DNA of 64,000 bases, from contig JBMYTV010000002.1 of assembly GCA_049604715.1 (NCBI GenBank), positions 56,455 to 120,454 on the forward strand. The letters are read 5' to 3'. Source of the stretch: Patescibacteria group bacterium (GTDB lineage Bacteria; Patescibacteriota; Patescibacteriia; S139-126; S139-133). The position numbers and the translations under genes are program-made. The notes below the pieces were generated by a model. The model made no database searches. It saw only the letters and a list, made by a program, of their open reading frames with translations, and was not told the origin of the DNA. Within the stretch, counting starts at the first letter, position 1, and the number at the start of each line of letters is the position of its first letter. This document shows positions 36,514 to 47,957 of the stretch, one piece after another.

Positions 36514-38154
36514 TTACGAGTGCTTATTTTTAGCAGCTTCTATGAGTCCTGTGAACACCGGATGTGGTCGCATTGGTCGCGACTTAAACTCAGGGTGAAA
36601 CTGCACTCCAACAAAATAAGGATGATCAGGAAGTTCTATAATCTCAACCAAATCTCTCTTTGTATTCAAACCAGCGATAATAAGGCCGGCTTTTTCTAGC
36701 TTATCACGATATTTATTGTTAAATTCATATCTATGACGATGTCGCTCCACAATATCCTTTTTCTTGTATAATCGCCTTGCATGTGTACCAGCCTTAAGCG
36801 CACAAGAATAATCACCTAATCGCATAGTACCTCCATATCTGTTTTCAGCTATAAGCTTCTTTTGATCATTCATAACATCAATAACCGGATGCTTGGCCTT
36901 TGGTTTTATCTCTGTAGTATGAGCCTCTTTTATACCTGCGACATTACGAGCAAACTCAATAGTTGCTAGTTGCATACCATAGCAAAGACCGAGGTATGGG
37001 ATATTATTTTTTCTTGCATATCCAATTGCTGCAATAATACCTTCAACCCCACGACTACCAAAACCGCCAGGCACTACTATGCCATCAAATTGATCCAAGT
37101 ATGATAGTTTCTTTTTATTTTTTTCAAAATCTTCACTACTCACCCATGTAAACTCAACATCAACCTTCTGATGAATACCTGCTGACTTTAGAGCCTCAAT
37201 AACAGAAATGTAAGAATCAGATAATGTAAACTCACCTGTAGCAAAATATTTACCAATCATCGCTATATTGATTGTCTTGTTGTTTTTACCAGACTTAACC
37301 AGTGTCTTGTTCCATTCACCCAATGCGCTTTTCTTAGGTCGCATGCCAAAACTCTTTTGAATAAGCTCATCAAACTTCTGATCCTGGTAAAGAAGCGGTA
37401 CTTTATAAATACTTTCAACATCTTCTGATGAAATAACGTGACCTGCAGGCACGTTGCAGTAGTACGAAATCTTTTCTTTACGCTTTTTATCAAGTGGCTT
37501 TGAGCTCCTAGTCAAAATAAAGTCGGGCTGAATGCCAGCAGCATTTAGTGTATTAACCGCTGTTTGGGTTGGTTTTGTCTTCATCTCTCCAACCATAGCA
37601 GGAATTGGTAAGTACGAAACCATAATATGACGTACTGAATCTGGTGTTTCAATGCGCATTCGACGTGCTGCTTCTAAAAATATCAAGTTTTCATATTCTC
37701 CGACAGTACCACCAATCTCTATAAGCACAAAATCAGCCTTTGATACTTTACCAAGGTGCTTAATTCGATTGATAATCTCCTCTGCAATATGCTTAAAAGG
37801 CTGCACTGTAATACCACCATATTCTAAGTTCCTTTCTTTTTCTATCACACTACTCCATACCATGCCTTGGGTCATGTAATTATCTTTTGTCATCTCTTTA
37901 TCCAGGAAGCGTTCGTAATTTCCAATATCTTGATCTGTTTCAAGGCCATCCTTTGTGACAAAAACCTCACCGTGTTCAGTTGGATTCATAGTTCCAGCAT
38001 CCACGTTGATATATGGATCAATTTTCAATGCAGTAACATTGTACCCACTATATGTAAGTAGCGTACCAATAGATGAAGTGGCTATGCCTTTACCTAAGCC
38101 TGATAGCACACCGCCCATTACAAAAATATATCTAGTCTTTTTTTGAGAACTCAT
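36514..38154 (-). CDS. pyrG: CTP synthase
   Basis: GGVLSGLGKG, KTKPTQ, GLCYGMQ, ERHRHRYE, QFHPE. Confidence 0.97.
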   Translation of the reverse strand: MSSQKKTRYIFVMGGVLSGLGKGIATSSIGTLLTYSGYNVTALKIDPYINVDAGTMNPTEHGEVFVTKDGLETDQDIGNYERFLDKEMTKDNYMTQGMVWSSVIEKERNLEYGGITVQPFKHIAEEIINRIKHLGKVSKADFVLIEIGGTVGEYENLIFLEAARRMRIETPDSVRHIMVSYLPIPAMVGEMKTKPTQTAVNTLNAAGIQPDFILTRSSKPLDKKRKEKISYYCNVPAGHVISSEDVESIYKVPLLYQDQKFDELIQKSFGMRPKKSALGEWNKTLVKSGKNNKTINIAMIGKYFATGEFTLSDSYISVIEALKSAGIHQKVDVEFTWVSSEDFEKNKKKLSYLDQFDGIVVPGGFGSRGVEGIIAAIGYARKNNIPYLGLCYGMQLATIEFARNVAGIKEAHTTEIKPKAKHPVIDVMNDQKKLIAENRYGGTMRLGDYSCALKAGTHARRLYKKKDIVERHRHRYEFNNKYRDKLEKAGLIIAGLNTKRDLVEIIELPDHPYFVGVQFHPEFKSRPMRPHPVFTGLIEAAKNKHS

Positions 38155-38239
38155 ACATTATCTTTCAATACTAAAAAACAAAGGGTCTTGAAAAGACCTC
38201 TTTGATCGAAGAGCACATTGAATGCTGCTAATAAAATAT

Positions 38240-38653
38240 TTAACTTGATGTGATGTTAACATGAATATCGTACGTTTTGTTTTGTACTGTCACTGATACT
38301 TTATGATCACCTACTTCTTTTAAATGAGCAGGTTTCATCTTTTTAATCATTACGCCAGGAAATTGCTTTTGAAGTGCGCGACTTACTTGTTCTTTATCTA
38401 CTGAAGAGTAAAGGCCACCACTTTCGTTACTTTCCATATTTATAGTGATAGACACACCCTTTAGGTCTACTGACGTTTTCTTTACTTTTTTCTGTACTAC
38501 TTTTTGCTGTGTAATTGTCACAGCTGTTGATTTATCAACTGCATGCGCTAGCTTATTTGGAAACAAATAGTTTTGCGCATACCCTTCTTTGACGTCTTTT
38601 ACGTCACCTGCAGAACCTAGGCCTGCAACATGTTTATTCAGTTTCACTTTCAT
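38240..38653 (-). CDS. rplI: 50S ribosomal protein L9
   Basis: MKVKL...V.GLG..GDV..VK.GYA.NYLFP..LA; shortened linker. Confidence 0.88.
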   Translation of the reverse strand: MKVKLNKHVAGLGSAGDVKDVKEGYAQNYLFPNKLAHAVDKSTAVTITQQKVVQKKVKKTSVDLKGVSITINMESNESGGLYSSVDKEQVSRALQKQFPGVMIKKMKPAHLKEVGDHKVSVTVQNKTYDIHVNITSS

Positions 38654-39872
38654 AATTTTCTATATCAAATGTTCCTAATAAAAATGAGACAGCCGCATCG
38701 CGCTGAGGGTCCAAATCATTATCATAATCTTCGCGAGTGAGCTCAATATTGTAATTTGGCTCAATACCTTCTTGCTCAATAGTGCGTCCATTTGGCGTGA
38801 GCCACTTAGCAATTGTAATCTTCACTGATGATCCATCCTTGAGCTCAATCAAATCCTGCACAGACCCCTTTCCAAATGTTGTCTGACCAATAACAGTGGC
38901 TTTGCCATAGTCTTGCAGAGCGCCTGCTACAATCTCAGAAGCAGAAGCTGAACCACCGTTTACAAGAACTACCGTTGGTATATCTTCAAATATAGCTCTG
39001 CCACGTGACTTATACTCAACTTCTCTACCATCACTGAAGCGTTCTAGCACAATAGCGTCGTCATCTACCCAATAACTAGCTATTCCAACTGCTATTTCTA
39101 GAAAACCACCCGGGTTATTCCTTACATCCAAAATTATATTGTCAGGCTGCATTTCTATAACCTCGCGGACAACCTCCTTGAACTGCACTTCTGTATCTTG
39201 GTTAAAATAACTCACTTTAATATACGCTGTGTGATTATCTATATTCTCCCATCTGACGCTTACGATGTTAATCACATCACGAACAATACTAACGTCCCGG
39301 GATTCATCATCTCCAGGCGTCAAAACAGTTAAAATAACCTCCGTACCACCTTCACCGCGTATTCTATTTACTGCTTCATCAAGAGCCATATCTTGTGTTG
39401 ATACATCGTCAACCTCAAGGATGTAATCACCAGGTTGTAAGCCTGCTTTTTCAGCTGGAGAATCAGGCAGCGGCGCAATGATAGTGAGTACTTCTTTTTT
39501 GATACCAATCTCTGCTCCTATTCCTTGAAAATTTCCACTAAGTTCCTCAGTAAAATCTTCTGTGACCTTTGGGGTTAAGAACACTGAGTAAGGATCACCC
39601 AAAGATGCGACCATGCCTCCAAGACTACCATAAAACAACTCCGTATCAAGAACTTCATCTGCATCAATATACTTCTCAGTAACAACATCAACAACATCCC
39701 AATAAAGATCAAAATCTACATCTTTATATAGATAGTTTGGCTTATCAGTATCTCCGATAAGCCGAGGGTCATCAGTAAAATGACCTTGAGTTTGACCGTA
39801 TTCTTTTCCTATAACAAATGAGACTGCAACAAGTGCAATGATAAGTACTACCGGTACTGTTTTTGATTTCAT
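38634..39872 (-). CDS. ctpA: S41 carboxyl-terminal processing protease (PDZ + S41)
   Basis: [33 protein letters not shown]. Confidence 0.92.
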   Translation of the reverse strand: MKSKTVPVVLIIALVAVSFVIGKEYGQTQGHFTDDPRLIGDTDKPNYLYKDVDFDLYWDVVDVVTEKYIDADEVLDTELFYGSLGGMVASLGDPYSVFLTPKVTEDFTEELSGNFQGIGAEIGIKKEVLTIIAPLPDSPAEKAGLQPGDYILEVDDVSTQDMALDEAVNRIRGEGGTEVILTVLTPGDDESRDVSIVRDVINIVSVRWENIDNHTAYIKVSYFNQDTEVQFKEVVREVIEMQPDNIILDVRNNPGGFLEIAVGIASYWVDDDAIVLERFSDGREVEYKSRGRAIFEDIPTVVLVNGGSASASEIVAGALQDYGKATVIGQTTFGKGSVQDLIELKDGSSVKITIAKWLTPNGRTIEQEGIEPNYNIELTREDYDNDLDPQRDAAVSFLLGTFDIENYESETE

Positions 39873-39993
39873 AGTTTGATATTAATACAACATACCCATT
39901 GTACCACATGGACGACATTTGGTTCAATCTTGTTTGTTTTAGCCAAAAAGTAAAAATAATGCTATAATATAAAAACCGCCATTACATATATTT

Positions 39994-41343
39994 ATGACGC
40001 TCGGAACACGAAGATTTCTCTACATAACTGCAATGGTACTATTTACCGTGAGCGCGCCGTTACTTGTTTTGTATACGGCGGGTTTTCGTTTTGATTTTTA
40101 CCGTAATGCAATACGATCAACAGGCAGTTTGTTTATTAAAACACTTCCTCAAGACGCATCAGTCTATATCAACAACAACCTCGTTGACACCAACACCCCA
40201 CTGCGCCTCAATCATTTAACCCCCAACGTCTACACTGTTCGTATTGAAAAAGAAGGCTATCATACCTGGAAAAAAGACCTAGCTGTATCAGATAAAAAAA
40301 CCACATTTGCTGAAAACATTATTTTGTGGAAGACACAACCAGAAGGCACTGAGTTGCTAGATGCGTCGGTTGATTTCTTCTCTTTTGATCATGATGAGAG
40401 ATACATAATATACATAGAAGAAAAGACACTAAAAGCATATCACCTAGCTAGCGAGATAGAAGTAACTCTACTACAGACCATTGAAACTGACACTGTCAAT
40501 ATCAAATGGTCAGAGCATGGCAGTGATGCGCTTATTACTATTGGCTCTACAACATGGCTTTTTGACCATGATACACTTGAGCTAACAAATCTTTCAAATA
40601 ATATTTCTGGTGATGATATACGTTTCCACCCTACACAAAATCAACTACTTACATTCAATAACCAGCGAGGTATTTACACTTACAGCCTTGTAACGGGTAA
40701 AACCGAGTCACTTCTCATGCGACCTGTTCTAGATTACAGCATTGTGGAAGAAGACGTATACTATATCACTGGCCCTGATCCTACAATTTTAACCCGCAAA
40801 CAACGAGATATTGATGAAGAACCACCTTCTTTTGTTTTACCAGAAATAAGTACACTATCTCTTGAGAGAATCATAGACCACCGTGCTTATGTATACGATG
40901 AGAATGAACGCACTCTTTATATTTTGCATTTACAGCCTGAATCATTTAATCAACAATCTCATATACTCCAGGATGTTGACCAGTGGGAATTCACAAAAGA
41001 TGGAACAAAGCTACTACTCTTTAATGAATGGGAAGTTTCATTTATCACTCTTGATGACATGAAAACAAAGGTCATAACCCGTGTAAGTACACCACTTGAA
41101 CATGTATATTGGCATGCTGATGACAACTATATTATCACCGTAGCTGAGGCTGCTGTTACAGCTATTGAGCTTGATACACGCGACATACAAAACAAACACG
41201 CGCTTTGGCAAAACACCGAAGTCATACAAGCGACCTTATCAACTGACGGTGAGCATATTTATCTAACAACAAAAGAAGGTGACGCGCACCTTCTTAGAAA
41301 ACTCAAAGTTACTGATCTAGAAACTTCACTACTACCACTATAA
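39994..41343 (+). CDS. PEGA-domain surface protein with beta-propeller-like C-terminus
   Basis: N-terminal TM; GSLFIKTLPQDASVYIN...TP...Y.V.I.K.GY..W.K. Confidence 0.8.
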   Translation: MTLGTRRFLYITAMVLFTVSAPLLVLYTAGFRFDFYRNAIRSTGSLFIKTLPQDASVYINNNLVDTNTPLRLNHLTPNVYTVRIEKEGYHTWKKDLAVSDKKTTFAENIILWKTQPEGTELLDASVDFFSFDHDERYIIYIEEKTLKAYHLASEIEVTLLQTIETDTVNIKWSEHGSDALITIGSTTWLFDHDTLELTNLSNNISGDDIRFHPTQNQLLTFNNQRGIYTYSLVTGKTESLLMRPVLDYSIVEEDVYYITGPDPTILTRKQRDIDEEPPSFVLPEISTLSLERIIDHRAYVYDENERTLYILHLQPESFNQQSHILQDVDQWEFTKDGTKLLLFNEWEVSFITLDDMKTKVITRVSTPLEHVYWHADDNYIITVAEAAVTAIELDTRDIQNKHALWQNTEVIQATLSTDGEHIYLTTKEGDAHLLRKLKVTDLETSLLPL

Positions 41344-41772
41344 CCTTTCTAGACTATTACGAATTTTTTCTCCAAATAACTCCCACTCCCCATCTTCGTA
41401 ATCGCGCCCACCAAACTGCTCCCAATCAAACAGACCATCATCTTTACTACGTGGAATAATATGCCAATGTAGATGCGGGATGCTTTGACCAGCTATTTCA
41501 TCATTATTCAAAACCAAATTGTAGCTGCCTGCCCCAGCTGCCTTTGAAAGTGGTAGGGCAACTTTTTTTATTGTATCCATAACTTCTTTATATTCCCCCT
41601 GTGGAATGTTTTGAAGATCTTTAAAGTGTTTTTTTGGCACAACTAAAGAATGACCCAGGCTCAGTGGCTTTATATTTAAAAATACCAACACATTGTCATT
41701 TTCATAAACTGCCTGCCGAGGTAGTTCATTTGATATTACTTTACAAAAAATACAACCATCAGACATAACCAA
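41338..41772 (-). CDS. HIT family hydrolase
   Basis: CIFCK, GH.LVVPK.H, AGQSIPHLHWHIIPR. Confidence 0.92.
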   Translation of the reverse strand: MVMSDGCIFCKVISNELPRQAVYENDNVLVFLNIKPLSLGHSLVVPKKHFKDLQNIPQGEYKEVMDTIKKVALPLSKAAGAGSYNLVLNNDEIAGQSIPHLHWHIIPRSKDDGLFDWEQFGGRDYEDGEWELFGEKIRNSLERL

Positions 41773-41776
41773 AGTA

Positions 41777-42175
41777 TTAATTATCCTCCTCCATAAGTAT
41801 AAGTAGTATACGATAACTCACATACATAACACCAGCAAAAAGCACATAACCCATGAAGCTAGGCGAAAACTGCATTATCAAGTATATATATAAAAGCACC
41901 ACAACCACTCGCGCTATCCACACATCATAGTTTTTCACTGCGGTTGTAATAATCCCCTCAGAGGACTTCATATGGCCATATGGAGCAGTCCAGAGCACGC
42001 CAGTCAATCCCAATACAAGCACAAGCAACATCCAATGAGGAGAAAATACTGTAGAAATCATATATGGCCTTGTATCTTCTAAGAAAAATAGTACCAACAA
42101 ATAAACAAGCGACCACTTTAAAATAAGTGTGCTGATGTCATATATAAAACGTTTTGATTTTTTCGATAATGTCAT
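41777..42175 (-). CDS. Hypothetical membrane protein
   Basis: 132 aa, 4 hydrophobic segments, tightly packed operon. Confidence 0.65.
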   Translation of the reverse strand: MTLSKKSKRFIYDISTLILKWSLVYLLVLFFLEDTRPYMISTVFSPHWMLLVLVLGLTGVLWTAPYGHMKSSEGIITTAVKNYDVWIARVVVVLLYIYLIMQFSPSFMGYVLFAGVMYVSYRILLILMEEDN

Positions 42176-42176
42176 A

Positions 42177-43007
42177 CTAGAACTTTTCTAAAACCCGTTG
42201 CCACACATCATTTATTGTCATAGGATCTTTTTTGTAAATTATGTCAATTGACTTCACGTCTACTGTTTGACTTCTATCATCAATACCTGGAGCAGAAATC
42301 ACAAACTCAAACCCTTCGGGAGACTGATATAGTTCACTAAAAACAAACTCAGCACGTGCAATGTTCCAATCCCCACTAGTACTAGGCGGGATGTACTGTG
42401 CAATAAAGTAGTCATAATTATCTAAATCAGTCTCATGGTTATAGCCATCGATCCGCAGCCGATCAAATCCCTCTTGTAAAGGAAAATTGTAATTAACAAC
42501 TCGTGCTGATCGTGGAGGAGCAAGTAAAAAGTTCTCTATACTCCTATACTGCGGTACGCGCTGACATAACCACCATTGTTTTTCCTCATCTCTAAGACAC
42601 GGCCATTCAATCTCTTCTAAGGCTTTATTCTGAACACCATGCCAGGCAAAATTCCAACCACTTTCACCTACAGCACCACCCAGCTGAATAAGTGGAACAG
42701 TATCCGCTCTATAAGTCAAAACCACCTCCACGGTGTCATATTGACGCGGAATAAACGAATGAATATATACAGGATCAATGATTACCTGCCAAAATTGATC
42801 ACCCACAAACCCTTTGGTTGTCAGTACTCGTAGCTCTGGATCTGGACCTGTAACCATAACATGCTCAGATGACACTGAATGCGATAGTATTCGCTCACCA
42901 TCAAGATCAAGATCAAGATACACCACATAACCAACAATACACACGAGACTTATAGCAAAAAGTGTGTGCAAAAATAATAGAAATATACGCTGTGGTGTAT
43001 AAGACAT
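42177..43007 (-). CDS. Hypothetical membrane-anchored protein
   Basis: 276 aa; N-terminal TM; TATACT-6 nt-ATG. Confidence 0.7.
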   Translation of the reverse strand: MSYTPQRIFLLFLHTLFAISLVCIVGYVVYLDLDLDGERILSHSVSSEHVMVTGPDPELRVLTTKGFVGDQFWQVIIDPVYIHSFIPRQYDTVEVVLTYRADTVPLIQLGGAVGESGWNFAWHGVQNKALEEIEWPCLRDEEKQWWLCQRVPQYRSIENFLLAPPRSARVVNYNFPLQEGFDRLRIDGYNHETDLDNYDYFIAQYIPPSTSGDWNIARAEFVFSELYQSPEGFEFVISAPGIDDRSQTVDVKSIDIIYKKDPMTINDVWQRVLEKF

Positions 43008-43062
43008 GTTTCTAGTATACCATTTTCTTTTCTACAACATAAAAAAGCTATATACTGTATAT

Positions 43063-44298
43063 ATGATACGAAAGTTACTAAAAAAGAATACTATATGGAT
43101 TGGCGCATCAGAAACATGGCTTAAAGTCATGTCTTTTATAGCTATTCTTATGATTGCGCGTATATATGGCGATACTATCTTTGGCCAAGTGTCATATGTA
43201 ATGGCTTACTTGCAACTATTTCAGATAATATTTGATTTTGGGCTACATATGATTATGACACGTGAGATCAGCCAAAATATCAAAAAGACAGAAGACATAC
43301 TAGCAAAATACTTTGGCTTTAAAGTACTGGTCGGCCTAATAATAGTAGCAGCACTTCTTGCGAGTATCCCCTTTTTACAAAAAGACACAGCAGTCATCAC
43401 GTATCTATTGGCAGCTAGTGGATTTATGCTATTTATGTCGATCAATCAGCTCCTGCGGGGTGTATTTGTAGCCCATGAAAAGTTCTCATTAGATGCATTT
43501 TCTAAAATATTTGAGTCTACGTTTTTTATTATCTTGGTGAGCGTTACTTTGTATTACAAAAACGTTAATCTAACCATGCTCAGCTACTCTATAGCAGCTA
43601 CTGTTGGTTTTGTACTTCTCTACTACCTCTTGCGTAAACAATCTATTAAACTACGCGCACGTATCTCAAAAAAGGATATAAAAGAGGTATTTGCACAGGC
43701 ATGGCCGCTTGCATTGGCTGGTTTATTTGTAATCGTATACTTTCGAATAGACACTATTATGCTTTCGTACATGAAAGGTGATGAAGTGACCGGATGGTAT
43801 AATGCTGCTTATCATTTTATGTACACATTCATTTTCATTCCAGGCTTTATCATGACATCATTGTTTCCTAAGCTTTCACAATTTGCACTCAATAATAAGA
43901 AGAAGTTTAAAAAATTGTATGTTCAAAGCCTTCTTTTGATAACTGCAGTTGCAACTGTGTTCATGGGAACACTTTGGTTTGCAGCAGAACCAATAATTTT
44001 ACAATTCTATGGCGCACAGTATAGCCCTGCTGTGCCTGTGCTCAAGATCTTGACCATTGCTGTATTCTTGTCATATGTGTCACACGTTTGGTTATTTGCC
44101 CTGACTGCTATCAAAAAGCAACATATGTACACCTGGGCTGTTGGAGCAGGCATGATCATCAACGTGATACTTAATATTATTTTTATCCCCCAATACTCAC
44201 TCTATGCTGCTGCATGGACCACTGTAGCAACTGAAATAATTACTGGATCAGTTATTTTTGGCTCATGTCAGTATTTTATATTAAAATTACGCAAGTGA
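43063..44298 (+). CDS. Wzx-like polysaccharide flippase
   Basis: Multi-TM; DFGL, RID..ML, GWYNAAY; start moved to ATG 43063 (TATACT-6 nt-ATG). Confidence 0.88.
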   Translation: MIRKLLKKNTIWIGASETWLKVMSFIAILMIARIYGDTIFGQVSYVMAYLQLFQIIFDFGLHMIMTREISQNIKKTEDILAKYFGFKVLVGLIIVAALLASIPFLQKDTAVITYLLAASGFMLFMSINQLLRGVFVAHEKFSLDAFSKIFESTFFIILVSVTLYYKNVNLTMLSYSIAATVGFVLLYYLLRKQSIKLRARISKKDIKEVFAQAWPLALAGLFVIVYFRIDTIMLSYMKGDEVTGWYNAAYHFMYTFIFIPGFIMTSLFPKLSQFALNNKKKFKKLYVQSLLLITAVATVFMGTLWFAAEPIILQFYGAQYSPAVPVLKILTIAVFLSYVSHVWLFALTAIKKQHMYTWAVGAGMIINVILNIIFIPQYSLYAAAWTTVATEIITGSVIFGSCQYFILKLRK

Positions 44299-44310
44299 TA
44301 TACTAAAAAT

Positions 44311-45303
44311 ATGAGCGACTACCCACATGTAAGCATTATCATACTTCACTGGAAAAACCTTGCTGATACACGGCATTGTCTTTCAGCAGTACGTCAGCTT
44401 ACCTATCCTTCATATGACGTATATGTAGTACTAAATGGCGCTAGTAGAGAGGATAGTATCAGTATCCACAATCTATATGATCAGTATGATAATTTTACTA
44501 TCATTGATGAAGAGGAAAATATCGGCTTTGCTGAAGGAAACAATGTTGCAATACGACTTGCACTTAAACAATCAAATCCAGAGTATGTCTTTGCTCTTAA
44601 TAATGATACAGAAATAGAACCTCATGCTCTTGATGAAGCTGTAGCCAAGGCACAAGAGGGTTTTGACGAAGTTCAATTACTTATGATGAACTTTGAGAAT
44701 CGCAGTCTTATTGATAAAGCCGGAATACGCATAGGCAAAAGCTTACTTCCCTTTGATATAAAAGAACTAGGAACTGAAAGTCCTATTGTATGCGCCAGCG
44801 CTGGAGCAGCCCTTTACTCAAGCAAACTCCTTGAAACAATAGCCATAAAGAGACAGCACGCAAGTGGCTTTGCCAATACCGTAGAAAAAGAATATTTTGA
44901 TAGTGACTTTTTTGCCTATGCTGAGGATCTTGATCTTGGACTACGCGCACGTCTTGCTGGATTTGACTGCGCGCTAGCTGAAAAGGCTATTGTGTATCAC
45001 AAGGGATCTGCCTCAACCAGCACAATGTCAGATTTTGCTATTTACCATACATTCCGCAACCTTATTTGGACTTATATAAAAAACACACCCCGAGCATGGA
45101 TGATACGTTTTGGTGTGTTTTTTATCATTGGTCAACTCGGAATACTCTATAAAAACTTTACACGCGGACAGCACAAACAAATATTACGTGCCTGGAAAGA
45201 TGCAAAACGTGACAAAAGTGTCATGCAATTAAAAAGAGCGTATATTCAGAAACAAAGTTCCAACGCTCTTGATTATTCACTGGTTGATAAAACACTTTTT
45301 TAA
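44311..45303 (+). CDS. Glycosyltransferase family 2
   Basis: ENIGFAEGNN, LNNDT, FFAYAEDLDL. Confidence 0.9.
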   Translation: MSDYPHVSIIILHWKNLADTRHCLSAVRQLTYPSYDVYVVLNGASREDSISIHNLYDQYDNFTIIDEEENIGFAEGNNVAIRLALKQSNPEYVFALNNDTEIEPHALDEAVAKAQEGFDEVQLLMMNFENRSLIDKAGIRIGKSLLPFDIKELGTESPIVCASAGAALYSSKLLETIAIKRQHASGFANTVEKEYFDSDFFAYAEDLDLGLRARLAGFDCALAEKAIVYHKGSASTSTMSDFAIYHTFRNLIWTYIKNTPRAWMIRFGVFFIIGQLGILYKNFTRGQHKQILRAWKDAKRDKSVMQLKRAYIQKQSSNALDYSLVDKTLF

Positions 45304-45602
45304 GCAAAAAACCACGTCACTGCAGTGACTATTGTGGCTGAGATAGCCAAAGCTGACAGAAAAACTGTGCGGCTTTTTTTGTAGTATATATTGTACTTCT
45401 CCTTTTGAAGCCACATAAACCCAGCCTCAGGGATTACAAAAACAGAAACAATATGCCCGAAAGCACAAAGTAGTGACAGAGCTAGTCCATACCAGCCTAT
45501 ATACTGATACGAAATAATACCCATACTTCCGTGCCCAACTACAAAAAAGCCCCACACGACCTTGGTCAGTGGATGCATCTTCCGTTTTTTTAATTTATTC
45601 AA
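45300..45602 (-). CDS. ORFan 3-TM protein with basic N-terminus
   Basis: 100 aa; TTG start with AAGGG SD; MNKLKKRK. Confidence 0.6.
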   Translation of the reverse strand: MNKLKKRKMHPLTKVVWGFFVVGHGSMGIISYQYIGWYGLALSLLCAFGHIVSVFVIPEAGFMWLQKEKYNIYYKKSRTVFLSALAISATIVTAVTWFFA

Positions 45603-45618
45603 CGTAGTGCCCTTTCTT

Positions 45619-47871
45619 TTATTTATAATGCCAAATGTACACGTCGCCTATTATATTCTCAGGTTCTCCCAAAATGTCAACCGTCTCCTTATATACACGG
45701 TCGTTTATCCACTTATCTTCGGTCATATAATAGCAGCTCGTGTCATTAGTTGCTTTTAGCGCCCAATCAAGTAGCTCTGTGTCTGGGAACTGACTCATAG
45801 TCTCAAAAATCTTCACTCTCTCTGGCTGAGAGTACTCAAAACCAACTGGAAAGCCGCCCCCTATAATCTCACGTCCCGAAACTGCCTCTACTGCCAAAAG
45901 TGGCCATGTATTTGCCAAAACACAGTAAAACTCGTCATTTTTATCTATACGCTCCCATACATACTGCGCAGATAAGTGTTCATCAGTGGTCACTACCTGA
46001 AGCAACGGACCTGATGCATAAGTGGATGATGCTACAAACGATACCATCACTACAACGAGTAAAACTTTTGTAGCCCAAGGCAGGTATCTCTTTTTTTCCA
46101 AAAAGTAAAAAATTCCTAAAGTCAAAAATACTGACAAGCAAAGTACTATAGTTACATCAAGCCGACGAGCTAAAATATGGTTACCATCAAGAAAGTACCA
46201 GGATAGAATATAATTTCCAAGCAGCACGCCTGTTAGTATCATGAAAAACCGAGGTACGATCTGCTGTTTTAAATGCTTTACTACTCTAAATCCAAGAGCT
46301 ATAAGTCCCCAAGCAAGAATAGTGAAAAATAATGGCCACAAGTTAAACTGCAAAAATGACACTGGCGCATGGTCGGCTCTTGTCTGGTTAAATAAAAAGT
46401 TGCCTTGGTCTACATGCCCTGTATGTGGCAAGTATGCAACAATTCCTGACAAATACCCAAAGGCATCAGCTAAAGCAGAGAAAGCCATGCCAAAACTTGC
46501 TGTTGCTGCATTTAGCTCACCATATCCTTGTACAAGCTCTAGACCTGGTATAAAAAGTGTTGCTCCTATGGCAAATACTATAAGCAGTGCCTGCCATACA
46601 CGTTTTGTATGTGTATACTTCTTTTGCAGTGCAAGTAAAAAAACAAGCACACCGATCTCAAGAAGTAATAAAAAGTGCAGCACATATCCAAAAAAGAGCA
46701 AAAGTGTAAATACACTATTCCATACACCAAGAGATCGAGACGGGACCTGCAAAAATCTAAGCCAACCATAAAGCGCAAACAAAAATACTATATGACCAAG
46801 TGACAAGGGCAATGTAATAGCCCCAAACACCTGGAGAGGATAAAACAATATAGGCACAAAGGCAAAAAACAGCGCAAAATGCCTTCCGGGTCTGATCAAG
46901 CCAGCTATTTTATATAACAGAAGCGGTACAAACAATGACCACAAAATAAACACCAACCAAAAGTCTATATAAAAAATATCAATTTGCAAAGTTTCAGCCA
47001 ACAAAATAGTAATAGCCCATTGCTGAGAATATGATGTTTTGTTGCCACTCACAAAAACGGCAGGCACTTCTACTCCGGCAATGGTGGCCATTTCCCTATT
47101 GTCACCAAGCAGTGACGGCTGATACACCGCCCCAGTCATCACAAGTCGCTCTGATGCTAAATGCCGCCATTTGTCCCCACCAAAACCAGTTTCATAAACC
47201 ACAGGTAAGTATGCATGCAAGGCAAATGACTGGATAATAATAACTGCTAAAATAACTGCGCCTTTTCGTTTTGAAAATATAAACAACCCCGCAATAGCAG
47301 TTAGCAAGATGTATACATATACATAAAGCCTTGGTATCACATGCCAAGGTGACAATATGAACTCACCTGTCCTGCCTTCAAACAAAAACAACAAACCTAC
47401 AATAACAACTGGAACAAATAACAGCGCCAAATACTTAGGTACGCTATAAGTCATACGAGGAGATTTAGCAAGCTGAAGATCCTCGTCTGCTATGTCATAT
47501 TTTTGAACAACCGGAACATACTGCAAAGCCTTAGCAAGAGCACTTACTATGAAAAGTACAAGTATCAAACTGCCTGTTGTATACCTAAATAAAGAAATAG
47601 GTATAGCAAGAAAAAGACTTGTAATCATAAGCGTTCCAAAAGCCCCAAACATCAGCGACCATCCACGGCTCAAGTCAAATAGCACTGCCATAGCCCTTGC
47701 AAGCCATACAGACACTATAGAAAAATATATAGTCGTACAGATAATACCAAAAAAAGTACTTTCCAGGCTCGTGTTAAAGAAAATACCGACTATACTAAGC
47801 AGTACCAATGTTACATACGCATAGTACTGATCTTTTTCTATACTACGAACAAAAGAATATAGTGTATTCAT
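45619..47871 (-). CDS. Large polytopic membrane protein, possibly GT-C glycosyltransferase-like
   Basis: 750 aa, many TM segments, loop GGDKWRH, soluble C-terminal domain; glycan-locus context. Confidence 0.6.
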   Translation of the reverse strand: MNTLYSFVRSIEKDQYYAYVTLVLLSIVGIFFNTSLESTFFGIICTTIYFSIVSVWLARAMAVLFDLSRGWSLMFGAFGTLMITSLFLAIPISLFRYTTGSLILVLFIVSALAKALQYVPVVQKYDIADEDLQLAKSPRMTYSVPKYLALLFVPVVIVGLLFLFEGRTGEFILSPWHVIPRLYVYVYILLTAIAGLFIFSKRKGAVILAVIIIQSFALHAYLPVVYETGFGGDKWRHLASERLVMTGAVYQPSLLGDNREMATIAGVEVPAVFVSGNKTSYSQQWAITILLAETLQIDIFYIDFWLVFILWSLFVPLLLYKIAGLIRPGRHFALFFAFVPILFYPLQVFGAITLPLSLGHIVFLFALYGWLRFLQVPSRSLGVWNSVFTLLLFFGYVLHFLLLLEIGVLVFLLALQKKYTHTKRVWQALLIVFAIGATLFIPGLELVQGYGELNAATASFGMAFSALADAFGYLSGIVAYLPHTGHVDQGNFLFNQTRADHAPVSFLQFNLWPLFFTILAWGLIALGFRVVKHLKQQIVPRFFMILTGVLLGNYILSWYFLDGNHILARRLDVTIVLCLSVFLTLGIFYFLEKKRYLPWATKVLLVVVMVSFVASSTYASGPLLQVVTTDEHLSAQYVWERIDKNDEFYCVLANTWPLLAVEAVSGREIIGGGFPVGFEYSQPERVKIFETMSQFPDTELLDWALKATNDTSCYYMTEDKWINDRVYKETVDILGEPENIIGDVYIWHYK

Positions 47872-47895
47872 AAGTGTATTGTATCATAAAAGGTT

Positions 47896-47923
47896 GAGAA
47901 CCACCGCGTTTGCGATGGTTCTC
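47896..47923 (-). terminator. Hairpin/terminator after 47958-48671
   Basis: GAGAACCA.CGC-gttt-GCG.TGGTTCTC. Confidence 0.6.
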
Positions 47924-47957
47924 GAAATTGTTTTTATTAAAAAAGGATTTACCGGTC

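Noticed and set aside
46241-46771. 176-aa plus-strand ORF and similar ORFs such as 4159-4614, 4468-4854, 12816-13265, 51437-51802, 55472-55852
   Set aside because: Largely overlap better-supported genes on the opposite strand and show no recognisable motifs.
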